A DNA stretch of 13,322 nt, from the UHGV virus genome UHGV-1734956, one strand, 5' to 3'. The position numbers and the translations under genes are program-made. The DNA comes from a virus. The notes under the pieces are model-generated. The model made no database searches. It saw only the letters and a list, made by a program, of their open reading frames with translations, and was not told the origin of the DNA. This document shows positions 7,232-13,322 of this stretch, piece by piece; positions within the stretch are counted from its first letter, which is position 1; the number at the start of each line of letters is the position of its first letter.

Positions 7232-8770
7232 GCTGTGTTCCTTGTCGAATAAGTTCACTTCTTCTGGTGTAATATCAGTATCCATTTCTTCGAATGCATC
7301 TAAATCCACAATTTTTGTTTTTTTCAAAATTGATAGTATTTTCTGTTTGTTTTTATTTTTGGCTGAACCCGGAATCCACTCTACATCCCACAGGCCATCA
7401 ATGGTAAATGTTTTTTTTCCCTTGAGTTCATCATTTATGCGTTGACATAGGGCTGTTTTGTAATCGCCTTCCCATTGTGTGTGTATCTTCCCTTGAACTC
7501 GTTGAAACCAAATATCTAACATTTCAGTATTTGGTTGTTTACCTAGTTTACAATGAAGTTGTTGTAACTTGCCAAATTTGAGTTCATCGTCGTCATAAAG
7601 GAAGGTCAAGAGTTTTGCGAAAATAGCCATTCCCACTGGGTAGGTGGTTGGGTTTTTAGCCATGATGCTTGAAATAATTCCAAGCATTGCATCTAGTTGA
7701 TGCCCACTATTTGTGATCTTTTTCTTCCTAAATAATTTCCGCAAGAAATCATTTAAATATCTGACTGTAATTTTGGAGTTTTGATGTTTTAAAGAAAATA
7801 AATATATTGCATACAACATTTTCTGTAGGGAGTTGAACGACCCTTCTATAATATATTCTTTTTTTGCTGATTTAAGGGAGTGAAGAATGATGTCGTCATG
7901 TAGTTCTGTTTTTCTTGAGTTTAAATCAAGCCCAAACTCACCTAAGACCTCAACCAAACACTTTGAGATTTTGTCCAAATCATCTTTACTGCTTGAAAAT
8001 ATTCGATAATCATCTCTGTAGCGAACTACTTTGTAATCCGTTATTTTTTGCTCTTCGGTTTTTTTTCTTAGCTGTAAATCAATTTCGCCTAAAATTAATT
8101 CGGCAAATGTATCCATCAACGTACTACCCAATGGTATTCCGTTTGTCTGATTACTCATCATCATCTGGATATGAGTGTCAATCAATCGTCCTGGGTTATT
8201 GTTATTTTCTTTCTTTTTGGCCTCTTCTTTTGAGATGAATACCCATTCAAAGCTATGAGTGTAAATAGAAGGGTAGAAGTTTGAAATATCTGTGCTGAAC
8301 ATGAACTCATACTCAAGAGCCAATGAAAGACTTTTTTGTTCAAAATCTTCCCACCAGTTTAAAACAGATGCAGCTACGTTTGAGGTGTTCTTTTTGCTCA
8401 CTGGGATACTTGAGCATAAAAAAAGATCATTAGACTCAAACTCTCTAAATTTATTCCTTATAGCATTCCAGTTGGAAGAGGATGTAATAAGTTTACAAAA
8501 ATACACGTAGTACAGAGGATTAATTAGTGTTATTCGTCGCCAGCTATATAAGCCATCTTTGCTGACTAAAACCTCGTAATTTATATTCTTCCCCATCAAT
8601 GACTTGGAGTCAGGTTGGAAGTTGATTTTACCTTCATCTATCGCGGAGTTGATTTCTTCAAGCAAGGAAGAAAAATCGACATAACTGGGTAGCTCCAGAG
8701 TAGTGTATGAATCATGCTGCAGAAAATACTTAAGCGCTCTACCAGTAGTTAATTCATAAATCTTTTTCAT
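7226..8770 (-). CDS. Reverse transcriptase, defence-associated Abi-type (Abi-P2 / AbiK-like class), 514 aa
   Basis: RT motifs in the translation: FSTDISNFYPSIYTHS (motif A), NGIPLGSTLMDTFAELILGEID (motif B), VRYRDDYRIF (YxDD motif C), LDLNSRKTEL (motif D), then about 200 aa of C-terminal extension. ATG at 8770 (MKKIYEL...) chosen because the AT-rich body begins there; the track ORF extends to a TTG at 8896. Strongly AT-rich relative to flanks. Confidence 0.85.
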   Translation of the reverse strand: MKKIYELTTGRALKYFLQHDSYTTLELPSYVDFSSLLEEINSAIDEGKINFQPDSKSLMGKNINYEVLVSKDGLYSWRRITLINPLYYVYFCKLITSSSNWNAIRNKFREFESNDLFLCSSIPVSKKNTSNVAASVLNWWEDFEQKSLSLALEYEFMFSTDISNFYPSIYTHSFEWVFISKEEAKKKENNNNPGRLIDTHIQMMMSNQTNGIPLGSTLMDTFAELILGEIDLQLRKKTEEQKITDYKVVRYRDDYRIFSSSKDDLDKISKCLVEVLGEFGLDLNSRKTELHDDIILHSLKSAKKEYIIEGSFNSLQKMLYAIYLFSLKHQNSKITVRYLNDFLRKLFRKKKITNSGHQLDAMLGIISSIMAKNPTTYPVGMAIFAKLLTFLYDDDELKFGKLQQLHCKLGKQPNTEMLDIWFQRVQGKIHTQWEGDYKTALCQRINDELKGKKTFTIDGLWDVEWIPGSAKNKNKQKILSILKKTKIVDLDAFEEMDTDITPEEVNLFDKEHSA

Positions 8771-8976
8771 AATTAGTGATTTCTTCTTAAGTTGCGCACA
8801 AATAACTACCTGTTTTCTATCATGATAACGATGCGAATGCGAGCAATTCAGGAAGTGCATTACTCTGCATCGAAGCGCACGCAAGTCAGAGAACAATAAC
8901 TGCCTGGCGACATCAGGACTGGCGCGCTAGTTGAGTGGTCATGCAACTGCATTAAAACCGCCCCATGAAGCGGGCG

Positions 8977-8995
8977 GGCGAGGCGGGGAAAGCAC
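8977..8995. other. cos site core: GGCGAGGCGGGGAAAGCAC, the 19-nt P2/P4 cohesive-end sequence
   Basis: Exact 19-mer read at 8977-8995, about 170 bp beyond the portal stop and between the hotspot and Q, as in P2. The cos sequence is recalled from memory. Confidence 0.65.
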
Positions 8996-9137
8996 TGCGC
9001 GCTGGCGGTGGTGCTGATTTTATTTTTTCAGCGTCTGAGCGCGTCGTGAAGGCGCTTAGTCTGCCCGTTGAGGCGTTGGTGTGTCTGCGGGGTGTTTTGT
9101 GCGGTGGTGAGCGTGTGAGGGCGTGATGACGGGGTGT

Positions 9138-9159
9138 AAAAAAGCCGCCCGCAGGCGGC
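9138..9159 (-). terminator. Rho-independent terminator of the P-Q operon
   Basis: - strand reads GCCGCCTGCGGGCGGC (6-bp GC stem, 4-nt loop) followed by TTTTTT, starting 6 nt after the portal stop. Confidence 0.65.
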
Positions 9160-9164
9160 GATGT

Positions 9165-10188
9165 TCAGCCGTTGTCAGTGTCCAGTGAGTAGTTTTTAAA
9201 GCGGATGACCTCCTGACCGAGCCAGCCGTTTATCTCGCGGATCCTGTCCTGTAGCGGGATAAGCTCATTACGGACAAAGACCTTTGCCACTTTCTCAATA
9301 TCACCCAGCGACCCGACGTTCTCCGGCTTGCCGCCCATCAACTGAAAGGGGATGCGGTGCGCGTCCAGCAGGTCAGCGGCGCTGGCTTTTTTGATATTAA
9401 AAAAATCGTCCTTCGTTGCCACTTCACTGAGCGGGATAATTTTAATACCGTCGGCTTTTCCCTGTGGGGCGTAGAGAAACAGGTTTTTAAAGTTGTTGCG
9501 GCCTTTCGACTTCACCATGTTTTCGCGAAGCATTTCGATCCTGCACGGCATCAGTGACGTACATGATGTATCCGGCATGTGCGCCGTTTTCGTAATACTT
9601 GCGGCGGAACAGCGTGGCCGACTCATTCAGCCAGGCAGAGTTAAGGGCGCTGAGATATTCCGGCAGGCCGTACAGCTCCTGATTGATATCCGGCTCCAGC
9701 AGGTGAAACACGGAGCCGGGCGCGAAAGGTGTCGGCTCGTTGAAGGACGGCACCCACCAGTAAACATCCTCCTCCACGCCACGGCGGGTATATTTTGCCG
9801 GTGAGGTTTCCAGTCTGATGACCTTACCGGTGGTGCTGTAACGCTTTTCCAGAAACGCATTACCGAACACCAGAAAATCCAGCACAAAGCGGCTGAAATC
9901 CTGCTGGGAAAGCCACGGGTGCGGAATAAACGTTGAAGCCAGAATATTACGTTTGACGTAAATCGGTGAGCTGTGATGTACGGCAGCACGCAGGCTTTTT
10001 GCCAGACCGGTAAAGCTGATCGGTGGCTCATACCATCTGCCGTTACTGATGCACTCGACGTAATCCAGAATGTCACGGCGGTCGAGTACCGGCACCGGTT
10101 CACCAAAGGTGAATGCCTCCATTTTCGGGGCGCTGGCGGTCATTTTTTTTGCCGCAGGTTGCGGTGTTTTCCCTTTTTTCTTGCTCAT
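9165..10188 (-). pseudogene. Q: Portal protein (P2 gpQ-like) interrupted by a frameshift near 9535-9550
   Basis: Two overlapping - strand ORFs in different frames (9487..10188 and 9165..9626) together give about 340 aa, close to the 344 aa I recall for P2 gpQ. Start overlaps the terminase stop (TGATG). No single intact ORF exists in this sequence. Confidence 0.6.
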
Positions 10189-11960
10189 CAGTAAAACTCC
10201 AGAATGGTGGATGTCAGCGGGGTGCTGATACCGGCGGTGAGTGGCTCATTTAACAGGGCGTGCATGGTCGCCCAGGCGAGGTCGGCGTGGCTGGCTTCCT
10301 CGCTGCGGCTGGCCTCATAGGTGGCGCTGCGTCCGCTGCTGGTCATGGTCTTGCGGATAGCCATAAACGAGCTGGTGATGTCGGTGGCGCTGACGTCATA
10401 TTCCAGACAGCCACGGCGAATAACGTCTTTTGCCTTGAGCACCATTGCGGTTTTCATTTCCGGCGTGTAGCGGATATCGCGCGCGGCGGGATAGAACGAG
10501 CGAACGAGCTGGAACACGCCGACACCGAGGCCGGTGGCATCAATTCCGATGTATTCGACGTTGTATTTTTCGGTGAGTTTGCGGATGGATTCAGCCTGGG
10601 TGGCAAAGTCCATGCCTTTCCACTGGTGACGCTCAAGTATTCTGAATTTGCCACCGGCCACCACCGGCGGTGCCAGCACCACGCATCCGGCACTGTCGCC
10701 ACGGTGTGACGGGTCGTAACCAATCCATACCGGACGTGAGCCGAACGGATTGGCGGCAAACGGCGCATAGTCTTCCCATTCTTCCAGCGTGTCGACCATG
10801 CAGCGTTGCAGCTCCTCGAACGGGAACACCGACGCCTTGTCGTCAACAAATTCACACATGAACAGGTTTTTAAAATCGTCGGCGCTGTTTTCACGTTTGA
10901 GCTGCTCAATGTCGAACAGTGTGCAGCCACCTTTCAGGGCATCCTCAATGGTGACAATCTGCCGCCACTGGCCGTCCGCACAGAGAAGACCACCGGCAAG
11001 GGCGTTATGACTGACGTCGATTTCCACGCGTTCGGCGGCGCTGGCGCGTCCCCGGTTGAACAGTTCACCTGACCAGAACGGGTAGGCGTCGTGCGCCAGC
11101 GTGGACGGGGTGGAGAAATAGGTCGAGCGCAGGTGACTCTGTGAGGCCATACCTGATGCTACCTTACGCAGTACCTGAAAATTCGGGATCCAGAAAATCT
11201 CGTCGACGTACAGGTCGCCGTTATGGCTCTGCGCGGTGTTGGAGTTGGTGCCGAGAAAAATCAGTTTTGCACCGTTATTGCCCAGGACAATCGGGTCACC
11301 GGTCAGGTCAACGTCAACCAGCCGGGCAAAGGCAATGATGTATTCGCGGAACACATACGCCTGCGTTTTACTGGCCGACAGAAAAATCTGGTTATGACCG
11401 GTTTTCAGGGCGCGCAGCAGCGCCTCGCGGGAAAAATAAAACGTTGCGCCAATCTGGCGGGATTTCAGGATATCGCGGATGCGGTGCTCAAGCCCGGCGC
11501 GATACCAGTGCAACTGATAGTCGAAAGACTGCTCAAAGAAAATCTGCTCCAGCTTTTCGATGGCCTCGTCACTGAAAAAATTCTTTTTCGGTTTGCGCCG
11601 TCCGCCTTTGTTGCGGTTAGCGACGTTCGGATTAAGGTCTGCCTCGTTGCCGGTCTGACTGTAACGGTTTACCCGTGCCAGTCGTTCAATCTGGCGTCCC
11701 AGCAGGTCAATTTCCTTGAAGTCACCGCCGGTTTTCTGCGGTTTGATGATGAGCTGGGTCAGCCGCGCTTCCAGACTCATTTCGACACGGCTGATGGGGG
11801 CAACGCTGTCCCAGCCGTCGCGCTGTTTCCAGCTCTGCACCGTCGGGCGTTTCATCTGCAACATGGCGGCAATCTGCGGCACGGAAAACCCCTGCCAGTA
11901 CAGCAGCGCCGCCTGACGACGCGGGTCGTGTAAAAGAGTGGTGTCTGTGGTGATGGTCAT
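10188..11960 (-). CDS. P: Terminase large (ATPase) subunit, P2 gpP-like
   Basis: 590 aa from the ATG at 11960 (GAGG 6-7 nt upstream), the length I recall for P2 gpP; the track's longer ORF begins at a TTG (11990). Upstream of and coupled to the portal gene, divergent from O. Confidence 0.85.
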   Translation of the reverse strand: MTITTDTTLLHDPRRQAALLYWQGFSVPQIAAMLQMKRPTVQSWKQRDGWDSVAPISRVEMSLEARLTQLIIKPQKTGGDFKEIDLLGRQIERLARVNRYSQTGNEADLNPNVANRNKGGRRKPKKNFFSDEAIEKLEQIFFEQSFDYQLHWYRAGLEHRIRDILKSRQIGATFYFSREALLRALKTGHNQIFLSASKTQAYVFREYIIAFARLVDVDLTGDPIVLGNNGAKLIFLGTNSNTAQSHNGDLYVDEIFWIPNFQVLRKVASGMASQSHLRSTYFSTPSTLAHDAYPFWSGELFNRGRASAAERVEIDVSHNALAGGLLCADGQWRQIVTIEDALKGGCTLFDIEQLKRENSADDFKNLFMCEFVDDKASVFPFEELQRCMVDTLEEWEDYAPFAANPFGSRPVWIGYDPSHRGDSAGCVVLAPPVVAGGKFRILERHQWKGMDFATQAESIRKLTEKYNVEYIGIDATGLGVGVFQLVRSFYPAARDIRYTPEMKTAMVLKAKDVIRRGCLEYDVSATDITSSFMAIRKTMTSSGRSATYEASRSEEASHADLAWATMHALLNEPLTAGISTPLTSTILEFY

Positions 11961-12133
11961 GAATACCTCGCCGTGATGAATACACGGCAAGGCTACTGAG
12001 TCGCGCCCCGCGATTCGCTAAGGTGCTGTTGTGTCAGTGATAAGCCATCCGGGACTGATGGCGGAGGATGCGCATCGTCGGGAAACTGATGCCGACATGT
12101 GACTCCTCTAATCACTATTCAGGACTCCTGACA
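11961..12133. promoter_or_regulatory. Divergent late-promoter region between P (-) and O (+); expected site of Ogr-type activator-dependent promoters
   Basis: 173-bp gap between divergently transcribed packaging operons. Call is by position, analogous to P2 P_P/P_O; no specific activator site identified. Confidence 0.35.
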
Positions 12134-12988
12134 ATGGCAAAAAAAGTCTCAAAATTCTTTCGTATCGGCGTTGAGGGTGACACCTGTGACGGGCGTGTCA
12201 TCAGTGCGCAGGATATTCAGGAAATGGCCGAAACCTTTGACCCGCGAGTCTATGGTTGCCGCATTAACCTGGAACATCTGCGCGGCATCCTGCCTGACGG
12301 TATTTTTAAGCGTTATGGCGATGTGGTCGAACTGAAGGCCGAAAAGATTGACGATGATTCGGCGCTGAAAGGCAAATGGGCGCTGTTTGCGAAAATCACC
12401 CCGACCGATGACCTTATCGCGATGAACAAGGCCGCGCAGAAGGTCTACACCTCAATGGAAATTCAGCCGAACTTTGCCAACACCGGCAAATGTTATCTGG
12501 TGGGTCTGGCCGTCACCGATGACCCGGCAAGCCTCGGCACGGAATACCTGGAATTCTGCCGCACGGCAAAACACAACCCCCTGAACCGCTTCAAATTAAG
12601 CCCTGAAAACCTGATTTCAGTGGCAACGCCCGTTGAGCTGGAATTTGAAGACCTGCCTGAAACCGTGTTCACCGCCCTGACCGAAAAGGTGAAATCCATT
12701 TTTGGCCGCAAACAGGCCAGCGATGACGCCCGTCTGAATGACGTGCATGAAGCCGTGACCGCTGTTGCTGAACATGTGCAGGAAAAACTGAGCGCCACTG
12801 AGCAGCGCCTCGCTGAGATGGAAACCGCTTTTTCCGCACTTAAGCAGGATGTGACTGACAGGGCGGATGAAACCAGCCAGGCATTCACCCGCCTGAAAAA
12901 CAGTCTCGACCACACCGAAAGTCTGACCCAGCAGCGCCGCAGCAAGGCCACCGGTGGTGGCGGTGACGCCCTGATGACGAACTGCTGA
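12134..12988 (+). CDS. O: Capsid scaffolding protein, P2 gpO-like
   Basis: 284 aa from ATG 12134 (MAKKVSKFFRIGVEGDTCDGRV...), AGGA about 9 nt upstream; length and N-terminus match what I recall of P2 gpO. Confidence 0.85.
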   Translation: MAKKVSKFFRIGVEGDTCDGRVISAQDIQEMAETFDPRVYGCRINLEHLRGILPDGIFKRYGDVVELKAEKIDDDSALKGKWALFAKITPTDDLIAMNKAAQKVYTSMEIQPNFANTGKCYLVGLAVTDDPASLGTEYLEFCRTAKHNPLNRFKLSPENLISVATPVELEFEDLPETVFTALTEKVKSIFGRKQASDDARLNDVHEAVTAVAEHVQEKLSATEQRLAEMETAFSALKQDVTDRADETSQAFTRLKNSLDHTESLTQQRRSKATGGGGDALMTNC

Positions 12989-13046
12989 CCGGCGTCAGTC
13001 AGTCCGGGAAAACCTTCACGATTAACCCTTAATTTCAGGAAAAACT

Positions 13047-13322
13047 ATGCGCCAGGAAACCCGCTTTAAATTTAATGCCTACCTGTCCCGTGTTGCCGAA
13101 CTGAACGGCATCGACGCCGGTGATGTGTCGAAAAAATTCACCGTTGAACCGTCGGTCACCCAGACCCTGATGAACACCATGCAGGAGTCCTCTGACTTTC
13201 TGACCCGCATCAACATTGTGCCGGTCAGCGAAATGAAAGGGGAAAAAATTGGTATTGGTGTCACCGGCTCCATCGCCAGCACCAGCGACACCGCCGGTGG
13301 CACCGAGCGTCAGCCGAAGGAC
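13047..13322 (+). CDS. N: Major capsid protein, P2 gpN-like (5' partial; runs off the window end)
   Basis: ATG at 13047 with CAGGA upstream; translation MRQETRFKFNAYLSRVAELNGIDAGD... stays open to the last base. Absent from the supplied ORF track because no stop is reached. Confidence 0.8.
   Translation, partial: MRQETRFKFNAYLSRVAELNGIDAGDVSKKFTVEPSVTQTLMNTMQESSDFLTRINIVPVSEMKGEKIGIGVTGSIASTSDTAGGTERQPKD

Larger units (their letters stand above)
1..13322. mobile_element. P2-like temperate prophage (partial; left att-proximal end through cos into the head-gene cluster). Exact left boundary not determined and right end lies outside the window
   Basis: Gene order int(-)/C(-)/cox(+)/B/A ... cos ... 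Q(-)/P(-)/O(+)/N(+) matches the P2 prophage map; an exact P2-type cos core is in the middle; protein lengths match P2 (P 590 aa, O 284 aa, B 166 aa). Confidence 0.8.

Noticed and set aside
7242-8510. Small + strand ORFs (7242..7445, 7915..8238, 8292..8510) antisense to the RT
   Set aside because: Antisense to a motif-supported gene in AT-rich DNA, where stop-free stretches on the opposite strand are short and low-complexity.
7060-8976. Retron (RT plus msr/msd ncRNA) or group II intron
   Set aside because: The RT is 514 aa with a long C-terminal extension and no intron-like domains. No long a1/a2 inverted repeats flank a candidate ncRNA upstream of the gene; the only strong stems are at the 3' end and look like terminator or stability elements.
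9493-10194. ORFs 9493..9804 (+), 9627..10106 (-), 9973..10194 (+) within the portal region
   Set aside because: Alternative-frame or antisense ORFs; the portal reading frames account for the region.
10260-10930. ORFs 10260..10709 (+), 10454..10930 (-), 10670..10861 (+), 10789..11010 (+), 10806..11072 (+)
   Set aside because: All are embedded in the terminase coding region in alternative frames or strands; no independent start signals.
11223-11933. 236-aa + strand ORF antisense to the terminase gene
   Set aside because: Lies entirely within the terminase gene on the opposite strand in GC-rich DNA; typical shadow ORF with a low-complexity Gly/Arg/Val-rich translation.
11961-11990. Track start of the terminase ORF at 11990
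   Set aside because: That codon is TTG with no ribosome-binding site; the ATG at 11960 has GAGG upstream and gives a 590-aa product.
12493-13303. - strand ORFs 12493..12951, 12617..12913 and 13079..13303
   Set aside because: Antisense to the scaffold and capsid genes, which have strong N-terminal matches and ribosome-binding sites.
1-13322. CRISPR arrays, rRNA or tRNA genes
   Set aside because: No regularly spaced direct repeats with unique spacers and no tRNA-like cloverleaf or CCA-proximal T-arm sequence were seen on reading; the only repeats are the short regulatory ones listed.

Overview
The window reads as a P2-like (Peduovirus-type) temperate phage integrated in an enterobacterial-looking chromosome, laid out in prophage order. 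From the left: an att-proximal terminator and tandem GTGGACACT repeats, integrase (-), C-type immunity repressor (-), a switch region with two CCTATATAGG palindromes, then a rightward early operon: cox-like, a small orf78-like ORF, B-like, three small ORFs (one a TraR/DksA-type C4 zinc finger), an extra 272-aa gene, and the HUH rolling-circle initiator A. Many of these genes are translationally coupled through overlapping stop/start codons. Between A and cos lies a variable hotspot whose cargo is a strongly AT-rich 514-aa reverse transcriptase (-) with canonical RT motifs and a long C-terminal extension, resembling single-gene Abi-P2/AbiK-class defence RTs. An exact P2-type 19-nt cos core sits at 8977-8995. 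To its right are the packaging and head genes: portal Q (-, split by a frameshift in this sequence), large terminase P (-), scaffold O (+) and the start of capsid N (+, runs off the window). The most interesting items are the hotspot RT, the extra 272-aa early gene with only a weak TGT/DpdA-like motif resemblance, and the frameshifted portal. All homology calls are from reading the translations and recalled family features; no database search was run.
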